From Promethearchaeota archaeon (GTDB lineage: Archaea; Asgardarchaeota; Lokiarchaeia; Sigyniarchaeales; SOKP01): 64,000 nt of DNA. Shown here piece by piece: positions 30,849-43,222 of the stretch. The DNA is taken from contig JBHLON010000004.1 of the NCBI GenBank assembly GCA_048940445.1, positions 1 through 64,000 on the forward strand, in the 5' to 3' direction. Numbering within the stretch: the first letter of the stretch is position 1; each line of letters begins with the position of its first letter. The notes under the pieces were generated by a model, which made no database searches, had not been told where the DNA came from, and was given only the letters and a program-made list of their open reading frames with translations. The translations under genes were made by a program, and so were the position numbers.

Positions 30849-31523
30849 TTATATAAAGGTTATATCTTGATAATCTGTATCCGTTAATTCCTTTTTAGCT
30901 ACTCCTAATTCTCGAACTTGCTGATTGAGTTTCATAACTGCGTCTCGAACTATCTCTTTCTTTTTTGCTCCCGTGCAGACAATTCTTCCGGTAGAAAAAA
31001 TTAAAAATACTGTTTTTGGATCCTGCATTCGATAAATTAAACCTGGGAAAACTTCTGGTTCATACATAGCATATTCCATAACAATAGCTGCCATGTTTAA
31101 ATCTATATTTGTATGTAAATCACCACTAGCAACAATATTTTGAATTGTTATTTCAGGATTGGCTAATTTAATTCCTGCTTTTCGAATATTTTTTACTACT
31201 TTATCTACAACACGCTCTGCCTCTGAAGCCTTACGCAGTCCAGTTACAACCATTTTTCCTGTTGAAAATATTAGAATCGTTGCTCGTGGTTTTTCTATTC
31301 TCATCACTAATCCTGGAAATCGTTCCGGATTATATTCTACCTCAGCATGTTTCCGAGCAATTTGGTTAAGATCTATTTTTTCTGTTATCTCTACTGTAAC
31401 TGTAGCAACAACATTTTCTATTTTATAATCTAGATCGCTTTCATAATCAAATTCTTCTTCGTCTTCATAATCTTCTTCTTCCTCATCTTCTAGATTGTCA
31501 TAATCGTTTTCTTCTTCTGGCAT
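30849..31523 (-). CDS. tbp: TATA-box binding protein with acidic N-terminal extension
   Basis: Two repeats of IxNxVA...YxPExFPGL...LIFSTGKxVxTG. Confidence 0.97.
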   Translation of the reverse strand: MPEEENDYDNLEDEEEEDYEDEEEFDYESDLDYKIENVVATVTVEITEKIDLNQIARKHAEVEYNPERFPGLVMRIEKPRATILIFSTGKMVVTGLRKASEAERVVDKVVKNIRKAGIKLANPEITIQNIVASGDLHTNIDLNMAAIVMEYAMYEPEVFPGLIYRMQDPKTVFLIFSTGRIVCTGAKKKEIVRDAVMKLNQQVRELGVAKKELTDTDYQDITFI

Positions 31524-31709
31524 ACTACATCATAAAGATAAATGTGATTTATTAAAAAGTGAACAAATTAAATTAGGTAAAAATCGAACTTTTTATATAA
31601 TTTTATTTAAATAAATTATCATTTATAAAGGCATTTATAAATAACTCATTTAACCTAAAATATTTTATTATATAAAATAGATAAAATAAGATTCTTCTTC
31701 GGAAATTGC

Positions 31710-32240
31710 TTATCTGCCGAGACTTTTATTTAATATTCGCTTTGTGATTTCATTAAAAGCTTCTTCTACATTTGAGCCTGTTTTAGCTGATGTTGAAATA
31801 AAAATCATATTATTTTTTTTAGCAAATTCATTACCAACAGAATCTGTTACCTTAATTTTATCCTCTAAATCGTTCTTGTTTCCTATTAAAATAAGGGGTT
31901 CATTTCCTCTAGCTTGCTTGAAATCTTGTATCCAATCGCTAAGTTTTTCGAATGTTTTCTTCTTTGTACAATCATATATCACTAAGGCTCCGTTTGCTCC
32001 TTCTAAATACAGCTTTCGTAGACTTTTAAAGCTTTCTTGTCCTCCAAGATCCCAGATTTGAGCTGAGACCTCACCAAATTCTTCAAGTTTCATATCTTTT
32101 TTCAATAAGTTAACACCTAAAGTACTTTTATAGTTCTCTCTGAATTTATTTTCTATAAATCTGTATACCAAAGACGTTTTTCCAACATTTGCTTCGCCAA
32201 GTAAAACTATTTTAATGATATAATGACCTTGTGAATTCAC
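31710..32240 (-). CDS. Rab-like small GTPase
   Basis: GEANVGKTS, WDLGGQ, NKND, TSAK; SD GGAGG upstream. Confidence 0.93.
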   Translation of the reverse strand: MNSQGHYIIKIVLLGEANVGKTSLVYRFIENKFRENYKSTLGVNLLKKDMKLEEFGEVSAQIWDLGGQESFKSLRKLYLEGANGALVIYDCTKKKTFEKLSDWIQDFKQARGNEPLILIGNKNDLEDKIKVTDSVGNEFAKKNNMIFISTSAKTGSNVEEAFNEITKRILNKSLGR

Positions 32241-32381
32241 CTCTATTTTACCTCCTAAAACTTATTCTTAGTTCATTTTGATCTAACATTAATTCTAGAT
32301 ACTTTCATAGTAACGTTTATCCTTATTAATAATTTTCTTCTTAGTTAATTACTAAATTAATCTGAAGAAATTGTTTTAAAA

Positions 32382-32729
32382 TCAGATATTTTTTGTATCA
32401 ACTTTATTGCAGATTGCATTAATTGAAGTAATATATTCGTTGTATAGGCCTTTTAACATATTACAAGATCTAGCTTTATGAAACGCAAACAGAAACAATT
32501 GATTCAAACTGTAATGGTGATTTGAATCATAAATATCTTTCTTTAAACCAAATAATTCACTATTTTGGTCTAAAAAATTACAGAGGATATACCTATTTTC
32601 ATTTGTTAAGTTTAAATCATTTAAAAGACCAAAGATTTTTAGGATGAGAGGTCCTTGAAATTTAATATTTTTCGTATTTAACATATGAAAAAGCTCAAAA
32701 AATTTGTTTTTCTTAAGTACGAACGACAT
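32382..32729 (-). CDS. Hypothetical protein
   Basis: 115-aa ORF in a run of co-directional genes. Confidence 0.55.
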   Translation of the reverse strand: MSFVLKKNKFFELFHMLNTKNIKFQGPLILKIFGLLNDLNLTNENRYILCNFLDQNSELFGLKKDIYDSNHHYSLNQLFLFAFHKARSCNMLKGLYNEYITSINAICNKVDTKNI

Positions 32730-32785
32730 AAATAATTAAATTAAGAAAATGCTTATGTTCCATAATAATATCCAGATATTATGAT

Positions 32786-33058
32786 TTAGTAAGAATATTC
32801 AAAACCTTTATATTTATTTTCAGGTTCTCCAAATTCAAATTCTACTTGTTTCACATAAGCGTATTTTGGCCCTACTTTTGAGAATTCTAATAAATCGTAT
32901 AACTTTGCTTCAGGGCCCTCAGCTTCTATATAAACGCTTCCATCAGGCATGTTTTTAACAAAACCAGTTAACCCTAATTTTCTTGCTAACTTTCGTGTAG
33001 TATAACGAAAAAAAACTCCTTGAACTTGCCCGTAGACTTTTATATTAATTTTTTTCAT
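32786..33058 (-). CDS. acyP: Acylphosphatase
   Basis: GQVQGVFFR...GFVKNMPDGSVYIEAEG. Confidence 0.95.
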   Translation of the reverse strand: MKKINIKVYGQVQGVFFRYTTRKLARKLGLTGFVKNMPDGSVYIEAEGPEAKLYDLLEFSKVGPKYAYVKQVEFEFGEPENKYKGFEYSY

Positions 33059-33082
33059 ATAAAAATAAAATCTAAAAAATAT

Positions 33083-34216
33083 TTAATTTTTAACTAGACG
33101 TTTCATAATCATAATATAATCATCAAGATCTTCTTTAGTAATCTTTGGATGAATATCTAAAGCAAATATTTCTTTAGTTATTCTTTCCACATTTGGTAAA
33201 TTAATTTTAGTATAATCAATTACTTTTCCATAAAATGGACAAGACCAAGGACAACCTTTTGGGTAAGCAATTTTATTTTGAAAAAGTTTGGTTTCATAGA
33301 GCGGTTTTGGATAAAGGACTTTACTTTTTGGAAATTTTTCAATAAATTGTTTTTTGTTTAATCCGATAATTTCAGGATTTATACGCCCAATCCAATAATT
33401 GAAAGCAGGTTTACAATAGTCGGGAACATAAGGAGGGCTTATTCCTTTTAAATCACGTATACCTTCCGATAGGTATTGGGCATTTATATTGCGTATATCA
33501 ATGAATTTGTTTATTTTTTTTAACTGAACCTTACCAATAGCACCTTGAATTTCAGTCATCCTATAATTATAACCAAGTCGGTTGTATACATACCATGATG
33601 GTTCACCATGATGCCTTAATAGTCGACATTGTTCTGCAATATTATCATCATTAGTTGTAATCATCCCCCCTTCGCCAGTAGTAATGTTTTTAGATGGATA
33701 AAAGCTAAAGCATCCAATATCACCAATTGAACCAACTTTTGCATTATAACATTTTGTACCAATAGATTGAGCTGCATCCTCAATAATGAATAAATTATTT
33801 TGCTCTGCAATTTCCTTTAAAGCATGCATATCAGCACTTATTCCGGCTAAATGAACTGGAATTATTGCTTTTGTATTAGGTGTAATCTTTTCTTTTACAG
33901 ATTCGGGATCTAAGGTATAACTCTTATCATCTATATCTGCAAAAATGGGGATTGCATTGTTGTGTAAGATTGAGCTCGCCGTAGATATAAAAGTGAATGG
34001 AGGTACAATTATTTCATCTCCAGGTCCAATATTTAGAGCTGCTATTGCAATGTGCAAAGCTGCTGTACCAGAATTAACCCCAATTGCATGCTTAACACCA
34101 ATATAATTTGCAAACTCCTTTTCAAAATTTTTAACGGCTTCACCGTGAAGTAAGGTCAGCATCTGGGACTTCATGACTTTAATTACTTCTTTTTGTTCTT
34201 CTTCCGTAAGATTCAT
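33083..34216 (-). CDS. DegT/DnrJ/EryC1/StrS PLP-dependent sugar aminotransferase
   Basis: NSGTAALH, EDAAQS, SFYPSKNITTGEGG, GYNYRM. Confidence 0.95.
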   Translation of the reverse strand: MNLTEEEQKEVIKVMKSQMLTLLHGEAVKNFEKEFANYIGVKHAIGVNSGTAALHIAIAALNIGPGDEIIVPPFTFISTASSILHNNAIPIFADIDDKSYTLDPESVKEKITPNTKAIIPVHLAGISADMHALKEIAEQNNLFIIEDAAQSIGTKCYNAKVGSIGDIGCFSFYPSKNITTGEGGMITTNDDNIAEQCRLLRHHGEPSWYVYNRLGYNYRMTEIQGAIGKVQLKKINKFIDIRNINAQYLSEGIRDLKGISPPYVPDYCKPAFNYWIGRINPEIIGLNKKQFIEKFPKSKVLYPKPLYETKLFQNKIAYPKGCPWSCPFYGKVIDYTKINLPNVERITKEIFALDIHPKITKEDLDDYIMIMKRLVKN

Positions 34217-34302
34217 AGCAATATAAAACTTAATTTAAATTGAAATTGTTGAAGATAAAAATAGTTTGTTTCTTAAGAATCTGATTATTCTATACGAATA
34301 CT

Positions 34303-34941
34303 TTAAAATATTAAATAATAAGTTTCATTGGACGTATTATATCCAATTATATTATTTTTAATTAAAGTCTCAATTACAGTAGTTAACCATCTTTTACTGG
34401 TTTTTATAGAAGTTAATAGCTGTTTAAAGCTTAATTCATCATTAATAGTCAGTAAAAATTGAATCTTACTTTTTACTTGTAAATGATTTGAATTAGCAAT
34501 TTTTTCAAATTTCTTTCTCAGATCATATTCTTTTGTTTTTAGATTTGCAACTTCATTACTAAGCTTTCCAATAACCTCATCTCGAGTCCTGAAAACATTT
34601 AATACTTTTTCTAAAAACATACGTTCTAGATGTTCTTTTAATTCTTCTTCTGTTATTTCTAATTCCAAAGTTTTCTTGAAATCATCTAAAATTACAATAT
34701 AATCTTGACTCTCATCATACTTATCCAATACCAATACCAAGATGATATCTTTTTGTTCATTGTAATAAGAAATAGAATTCCAATTTTTTTCTTCAATAGT
34801 TATATGAGATTCTACAAAATTGTGAGAGATCTGAATTTGTTGCACTACATTATCTGGGATTAACATATCGTCTGGATATTTCATATAAATAACACCTCCA
34901 GCAATTTCATCCCATTTTATCAAAAATATCCCTAAAGGAAT
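34303..34941 (-). CDS. uDENN/longin-like domain + coiled coil + C-terminal winged-helix protein
   Basis: Extended N-terminus (I/M)PLGIFLIKWDEIAGGVIYMKYP from ATT at 34941, behind GGTGA; wHTH-like C-terminus ending IIGYNTSNETYYL. Confidence 0.6.
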   Translation of the reverse strand: MPLGIFLIKWDEIAGGVIYMKYPDDMLIPDNVVQQIQISHNFVESHITIEEKNWNSISYYNEQKDIILVLVLDKYDESQDYIVILDDFKKTLELEITEEELKEHLERMFLEKVLNVFRTRDEVIGKLSNEVANLKTKEYDLRKKFEKIANSNHLQVKSKIQFLLTINDELSFKQLLTSIKTSKRWLTTVIETLIKNNIIGYNTSNETYYLIF

Positions 34942-35113
34942 AGAACCTCACCAAACCAAACTTAATTCTTACTTTAAAATTATAAAAATAGATCTTAATA
35001 AATTTAATTTGAAAATCTTAATTTATCCTACGGAGATGATATAAAATTTATTGAAAAATCTTGACTTAAAAAATAAATAGCAAGAAAGTTACTTTATAAA
35101 TAGTGAATTTGAA

Positions 35114-35389
35114 TTGGCTATTTTTTACGTTTACATATTAGAAACAATTTCTAAAAAGAATCGGAGAAGATTTTATACGGGATACACCAATAATTTAAAA
35201 AGAAGATTAAATGAGCATAATAAAGGCACAGGAGCTAAATTTTGTCGTGGAAAAAAGGTAATTAGACTTAAATATTTTGAATCATTCACAGAAAGAAAGG
35301 AAGCTATGAGAAGGGAATTGGAAATTAAATCTCTTCCAAGAAAGGAAAAAATAGAACTGATAAAAAACTTCAATCATATTGAAAATTAA
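35114..35389 (+). CDS. GIY-YIG nuclease (UPF0213-like)
   Basis: YVYIL...YTGYTNNLKRRLNEH...GAKF...AMRRELEIK. Confidence 0.9.
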   Translation: MAIFYVYILETISKKNRRRFYTGYTNNLKRRLNEHNKGTGAKFCRGKKVIRLKYFESFTERKEAMRRELEIKSLPRKEKIELIKNFNHIEN

Positions 35390-36188
35390 TTTGATCAATC
35401 GAAATTTTTTAATAATATTAGTAGGTTTACCAGCATCTGGTAAAAGTACAATTGCTACAATATTAAAGCATATAATAGAAAAAAGGTATGAGAATGTTAA
35501 TGTAGAAATAATAGACACAGATCAGATTAGATATTCGATAAATCCTAATAAATTTAACTATAAAAAAGAACAACTAGTTAGAAAAAAAAGTTTAAATAAG
35601 GTTAAAAATGAGTTAAAGAGAGGTTCAATTGTAATTAGTGATGATTTAAACTACTATACTAGTATGCGTCATGATCTGAAACAAATTGCTGAAAACTATA
35701 AAAAAAAGTATTTTATTATTCATATCGCAACTCCCTTGGAAAAATGCATTGAATGGAATAAAAATCGAGGATTTTTTATTCCACAAGAAGTCATTTTTAA
35801 TATTAGTAAAAAATTTGATCACTTTGATAATTACAATTGGGATAGCCCCCTTATTTCAATAGATCCATCTAAATCAATGAATTTGAAAGGGGAGTTAGAT
35901 AAATTAGTCATTCTTATAGAAGAGAAATTAGCAATCGAAACTACTAGAAAAGATCCGAAAAGAAACCGAATCTTAAAACAAAGAAACCATGAGAAATTAG
36001 ATAAAATTACACGAGATTTAGTTAGAAAAATTAGTCAAAATGATGAGTACCATCCTTTAATGAAAAAAGTCTCTAAATTAAGAAAAGAGTTTATCAGAAA
36101 AAATATTGATAATTTAATTGATAAGACTCAAATTAAAGAGGAATTTTTAAAATTCTTAAATAAAAGCCTAAATTTTGAATGTTCTTAA
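35379..36188 (+). CDS. pstK: O-phosphoseryl-tRNA(Sec) kinase (PSTK/Kti12 family)
   Basis: GLPASGKST, DTDQIR, DDLNYYTSMR, WDSP and a helical C-terminal domain. Confidence 0.8.
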   Translation: MKINLINRNFLIILVGLPASGKSTIATILKHIIEKRYENVNVEIIDTDQIRYSINPNKFNYKKEQLVRKKSLNKVKNELKRGSIVISDDLNYYTSMRHDLKQIAENYKKKYFIIHIATPLEKCIEWNKNRGFFIPQEVIFNISKKFDHFDNYNWDSPLISIDPSKSMNLKGELDKLVILIEEKLAIETTRKDPKRNRILKQRNHEKLDKITRDLVRKISQNDEYHPLMKKVSKLRKEFIRKNIDNLIDKTQIKEEFLKFLNKSLNFECS

Positions 36189-36222
36189 TTATTATTATAA
36201 ATAATAATAAAAAAGAAAATAA

Positions 36223-38544
<2,322 letters not shown>

Positions 38545-38665
38545 AACTTATTTATTTTTTTCTTATGTCTTAATATTATTTAATTAAAATTTTAAATTAA
38601 ATAAGATCAAATAAGAAAATTAAATTTGAAGTGGATTATCTATAACTAATTTTACGCGATAAAAA

Positions 38666-39799
38666 ATGAAATCTACCCATAACAAAGAACTTACTAATAT
38701 ATTAAGAAACTTAGTCCAAATTCCAACAGAAAATCCACCGGGGATCACAAAAGAGATTGTGGATTATCTAATTTCTGAGGTATTTCGAGAAGAAGATGGC
38801 TTTAGGAATGAAATTATTACTCATAAAAAAAATAATTTTACTCTCCATAATTTAATAACTAAAGTCGGATTTGGAAACAAAAAAATCATATTATCAGGGC
38901 ATTTTGATGTAGTTCCTGCAGGAGATTCATCTAATTGGAAGTATGATCCTTTTTCAGCAGAAATAAAAAACAATAAACTATATGGAAGAGGATCATCAGA
39001 TATGAAAGGTGGATTAACAATGTTGATTGGGGTTATGAAAAACTTAAAAGAAAACATTACACTTTTACAGAAGTACAGTATTATTTTTGCAGGTACTGCA
39101 GACGAAGAGGACGGAATGACTGGAGCGGCAACATTATACAAACATAGATTGCTGGATAATGCTGAGCTATTAATTATCGCTGAACCAACCGATATGAACA
39201 TCGGGATTGCAGAAAAAGGGTTATTATGGATTAGATTAAAAATATATGGAAAAGCAGCTCATGGAGCAATGCCTGAAAAGGGTATTAATTCTATTCTAGC
39301 AGTATCAAACCTTATTCCAAAACTATATACTTTACTAGATAAAGAAAGTAATGAAATCTTGGGCTCATCTACCTTAAATGTTGGGAAAATAATTGGAGGG
39401 ACGCTTATTAATGTAGTACCAGAAAAAACAGAATTAGAACTTGATTTTAGATTAATTCCCGAACAAGATCCCGATAAACTGATTAAAAGGATAAAAAATC
39501 TTAATATTGAACTTTGTAATTTTAGTTTTGATATACTTAAAAAATTACCAGCTCTTCAATGTAAGACAAATCATCCATTCATACAAACTCTTTGCAAAAT
39601 AAGTGGTAGAAACCCAGTGGGTTTGCCTTATGCTACTGATGCTGCTCAGTTACTCACTCAGAATAATAAAATTCCTTTTGTTATTTTTGGCCCTGGGAAT
39701 CCACAGGTTGTGCATTCTATAGATGAATATATAGAACTAGATTCAGTATTTAAATCAACAGAATTACTTACAGAATCAATTTTACAAACCTATTCTTAA
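38666..39799 (+). CDS. M20 metallopeptidase (ArgE/DapE family deacylase)
   Basis: GHFDVVP, GRGSSDMKGG, DEE, AEPT, HSIDE. Confidence 0.92.
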   Translation: MKSTHNKELTNILRNLVQIPTENPPGITKEIVDYLISEVFREEDGFRNEIITHKKNNFTLHNLITKVGFGNKKIILSGHFDVVPAGDSSNWKYDPFSAEIKNNKLYGRGSSDMKGGLTMLIGVMKNLKENITLLQKYSIIFAGTADEEDGMTGAATLYKHRLLDNAELLIIAEPTDMNIGIAEKGLLWIRLKIYGKAAHGAMPEKGINSILAVSNLIPKLYTLLDKESNEILGSSTLNVGKIIGGTLINVVPEKTELELDFRLIPEQDPDKLIKRIKNLNIELCNFSFDILKKLPALQCKTNHPFIQTLCKISGRNPVGLPYATDAAQLLTQNNKIPFVIFGPGNPQVVHSIDEYIELDSVFKSTELLTESILQTYS

Positions 39800-39804
39800 A
39801 TTTT

Positions 39805-40956
39805 TCATAATGTATTTATAAAATTTTCAATCCTATTCATTGCTTCTTTAAGTTTATTTATCTCTGTTGCATATGATATTCTGATTCTATAATCAGAATA
39901 TGATCCAAAAGTATTTCCTGGTACTACCGCAACTCCTTGTTTTTGCATCAGTTCTTGAGAAAAGTTAGATCCTGTCATACTGAAGTTTTCCACTGAAGGC
40001 ATAAGATAAAAAGCTCCTTTTGGTTTTATTACATTAAATCCAAGCTCTCGTAGTCTACTAAATACTAGTAATCGTCTTTGATCAAAACTTTTTAAAATGT
40101 CAACAAAAAAGTTATTATTCATTTTTAATGCTTCAATAAAACCATATTGGGCAGCATGATTTGCTCCAGCAGCAGTATATTGATGAACCTTTTCCATCAT
40201 ATCAATGATTTTTTTACTCGCCACAGCATAACCCAATCTAAAACCTGTAGCTGAAAATAATTTTGACATAGCATTAGTTGTTATCGTTCGTTCAAACATT
40301 CCATCCAAAGAAGCAAAACTAATATGTTTCGCTCCATCATATAAATAATTTTCATATACTTCATCAGTAATTAAGTATAAATTATTTTCTTTTACAATAG
40401 TAGCAATTTGGCTAACTTCTCGAGGTGTTAACACATATCCAGTTGGATTATTTGGAGAATTAATCAAGATAGCTTTTGTATTCTTTGTAATTGATTTTGT
40501 TATTTTTTCTAAATTAGGGCTAAAATCATTATTCCTTTCAACTTCTATAGTCTTTATACCAGAAAAGACTCCCAAGTAGAAATAAGAGATAAAATTTGGG
40601 GATGAGATAATAAGTTCATCACCTGGATTAAAAATAGATGTAAATGCTAGATTCAGAGCTTGCGATCCACCATTCGTAACAATAATGTTTTCATCCCAAT
40701 TACATTTAATATTATTAAATTTTCTAACTTTATTTTGTATTAATTGTAACAATTCAGGTACACCCTTAGTTGGCGCATAATATGTAATTTTTTTTTTAAG
40801 AGCTTTAATAGTACCTTCAATTGCAGGATCTGGAGTGCTAAAGTCAGGTTGTCCTATACCTAAGCTAATAATATTGGGGTGTCCTGCAGCTAAATCCATT
40901 AATTCTCGTATTTGAGATTTAGGGGTTTTAGCAACATTATAGGATAATTCTTTCAT
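39805..40956 (-). CDS. Class I/II PLP-dependent aminotransferase
   Basis: GQPDF, NSPNNPTG, DEVY, SKLFSATGFRLG. Confidence 0.93.
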   Translation of the reverse strand: MKELSYNVAKTPKSQIRELMDLAAGHPNIISLGIGQPDFSTPDPAIEGTIKALKKKITYYAPTKGVPELLQLIQNKVRKFNNIKCNWDENIIVTNGGSQALNLAFTSIFNPGDELIISSPNFISYFYLGVFSGIKTIEVERNNDFSPNLEKITKSITKNTKAILINSPNNPTGYVLTPREVSQIATIVKENNLYLITDEVYENYLYDGAKHISFASLDGMFERTITTNAMSKLFSATGFRLGYAVASKKIIDMMEKVHQYTAAGANHAAQYGFIEALKMNNNFFVDILKSFDQRRLLVFSRLRELGFNVIKPKGAFYLMPSVENFSMTGSNFSQELMQKQGVAVVPGNTFGSYSDYRIRISYATEINKLKEAMNRIENFINTL

Positions 40957-41044
40957 AATTTACTAACTCTTCATTTATATTTAAAACATTTGATTTTAAA
41001 ATCAATCAATTATAAATGAAAAAAATGTCAAAAATAAGAAAAAA

Positions 41045-41593
41045 CTAAACTTTCTCACCATAATTTCTTAAAATTTGAAAGACCAAGTTTTTAAATGCTT
41101 TCTCAACATTCTCCCCATATTTAGCACTTGTTTCAATAAAATCACTTGCTTGTATTTGTTCAGCTAATTCTTTTCCCTTTTCTTTAGTTACAGCTCTTTG
41201 TGCTTCTAAATCAATCTTATTGCCTATTAATACATATGCACCTTCTTTTTTAACATACTTCTTGAAATCTTTTAGCCATTTTGTTTCTACATTTTCAAAG
41301 GTTTGATATCGCGTGATATCATAGACAACTAAAGCCCCAACACATCCCTGAAAATACATTGAGCGAATTACATTATACTTTTCCTGGCCAGCTAGATCCC
41401 ACATGATTAAGCGAATTTGAGCATTAATTTCACTCAAATCTACATCTTTACGGACAATATTTGCTCCTAAAGTTGGCTTATAATCTTCTTGAAAAGATCC
41501 TTCAACGAACTGGTTTATTAAAGATGTCTTACCTACTGCTGCATCTCCTAATATTGTGATCTTAAATACGTATTCTCGTTCTTCGTTGGTCAT
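41045..41593 (-). CDS. Rab-like small GTPase
   Basis: GDAAVGKTS, WDLAGQ, NKID, TSAK. Confidence 0.93.
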   Translation of the reverse strand: MTNEEREYVFKITILGDAAVGKTSLINQFVEGSFQEDYKPTLGANIVRKDVDLSEINAQIRLIMWDLAGQEKYNVIRSMYFQGCVGALVVYDITRYQTFENVETKWLKDFKKYVKKEGAYVLIGNKIDLEAQRAVTKEKGKELAEQIQASDFIETSAKYGENVEKAFKNLVFQILRNYGEKV

Positions 41594-41671
41594 TGATGAT
41601 TAAAAATATTGGATAGTAGGATGTAACAATATTTTGATTTTTGATCTATTTAATTGTTTTCCTTTTTTATC

Positions 41672-42253
41672 TTAAAGCTTTCTTTTTATCTTCAATTTTA
41701 AAATGAATGAATTATGTCGAGGGTCATTCACATTCTCTTCTTCTCCATAATAAACTACATCATGATTCGATGATAATGTCTTTTCAACTGAATGTACAAT
41801 GAAACCTTTAAATAAATCGCAACTCACTCCAATTTCAGAACAGAATATACATTTGTCTACCCGAACAACGATTTGATCGTCAGAAATTTCAACTATTTCA
41901 ACGTTCCAATCAGTTTGGATATATTCATTAATTTCTTTAATGATATCCTCAAAACTCTTCCCATAGGGAAAAAGATAAAAGCAAAATTTACGCCCAATTT
42001 CAAACAAAAGCTTTGTAGAATCAAATAATAAACAATTCTGAGCTGTAATTATTTTTTTGAAAGAAAAAAAGTCAATAGTTCCATCGGGGTCTACATCTCT
42101 CATATCTTTTAATTCTAACATTCCTGCCTCTCTCAAAATAGATTTCATACCATCATAATCGAGATTATCAAGATATGATTGTAAAAGAGCTGTAACTACT
42201 CTATTTCTAACTTTGCCCCTATATTCCCCAATTAACTCGGAATTGTTTGACAT
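41672..42253 (-). CDS. V4R/HNOX-like domain protein
   Basis: GMKSILREAG...LFEIGRKF...VDKCIFC....CDLFKGFI, a V4R-like pattern that lacks the last Cys pair. Confidence 0.7.
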   Translation of the reverse strand: MSNNSELIGEYRGKVRNRVVTALLQSYLDNLDYDGMKSILREAGMLELKDMRDVDPDGTIDFFSFKKIITAQNCLLFDSTKLLFEIGRKFCFYLFPYGKSFEDIIKEINEYIQTDWNVEIVEISDDQIVVRVDKCIFCSEIGVSCDLFKGFIVHSVEKTLSSNHDVVYYGEEENVNDPRHNSFILKLKIKRKL

Positions 42254-42288
42254 AAATCGGTGTATATTGACTTTGTTTAGATGAATTA

Positions 42289-42310
42289 ATAGTAATCATC
42301 TGATTACTAT
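42289..42310. promoter_or_regulatory. Perfect 10-bp inverted repeat ATAGTAATCA-tc-TGATTACTAT upstream of the V4R-GTPase pair
   Basis: Read directly; lies 36-57 bp upstream of the 42253 start, in a divergent intergenic region. Confidence 0.6.
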
Positions 42311-42546
42311 ACTACTTCACAGTTTAATTTCCAATCCTAAAATAAATACGCTTATAATTTTAGAAAATTCAATGCTTATAAGTTTTGTTTTTGTGAAATA
42401 TTTCCTAACTTAAAAGATAATTCATTTGAATTCTTTTTAAAAATTGGACTAATAATGTTTTTAATATTGCCCTACCTCTCATAAATTAATATAATAAATA
42501 ATTCTCGAAGAAAATTATAACAAGTCATGATTATAGGTGTAAAAAA

Positions 42547-43104
42547 TTGTCTCATGATAGGTACTATACGAAGGAAAAGTATGAAAGTACTTATGGATCA
42601 TTTTTCTGTGGTGCTGCGTTTTTAATTGTTGCTATTGTGTCTTTGGTTTTATTGACTCTTAAAAATGATTTCATAGGATTATCTGGGTGGGGGTACTGGA
42701 TGTTTATTCCTGCATTCTTTATCTTATTTTTTGGTGGATTTCAACAACTCTATACAAATATGAAATTTAAGAGAGCTGTGAAAAATGCACTCTTAGATCG
42801 AGGCCAAGATACAGTTAAGCTTGAAGATCTTGCTCTTGAAGTAGGCATTAAACCCAATGATGTATTAAGAGTTCTAGTAGATCTAAGATCAAGTGGACAC
42901 ATAAATTATAAGTTCAATTCACAGACTGGAGAAATCATTTTGGGAGAAAAAGTTCAATATGCTCCGGCTGAAAGTTATGTAGCCCCACCAAAAAATCTTC
43001 ATGAGCCATTATCAACAGAAGACAGAAATTTTTGTGTCTATTGTGGACATAAACTTAGAGAAGGAGCTAACTTCTGCGAAAATTGTGGCTCTAGCATTAA
43101 ATAA
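42547..43104 (+). CDS. Membrane protein: 2 TM + winged-helix-like domain + zinc ribbon
   Basis: TM pair, VKLEDLALEVGIKPNDVLRVLVDL, CVYCG...CENCG. Confidence 0.75.
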   Translation: MSHDRYYTKEKYESTYGSFFCGAAFLIVAIVSLVLLTLKNDFIGLSGWGYWMFIPAFFILFFGGFQQLYTNMKFKRAVKNALLDRGQDTVKLEDLALEVGIKPNDVLRVLVDLRSSGHINYKFNSQTGEIILGEKVQYAPAESYVAPPKNLHEPLSTEDRNFCVYCGHKLREGANFCENCGSSIK

Positions 43105-43222
43105 TCTAAGTAAATATTATTTCTTTTTTATTTTTTTTAGCACCTTAGAAATACATTAAGAAAATCAATAGGTTAAAAATTTATTATCTTAATAGAAAAA
43201 AGGAAAAAACAATTAAAATAGA

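Noticed and set aside
33083-34234. Fifth ATT start (IKFYIAMNL...) for the DegT aminotransferase
   Set aside because: An in-frame ATG lies six codons downstream and there is no SD support, so the case is ambiguous.
35114-35389. Homing endonuclease or mobile intron
   Set aside because: A stand-alone ~90-aa UPF0213-type domain with no DNA-binding extension and no interrupted host gene.
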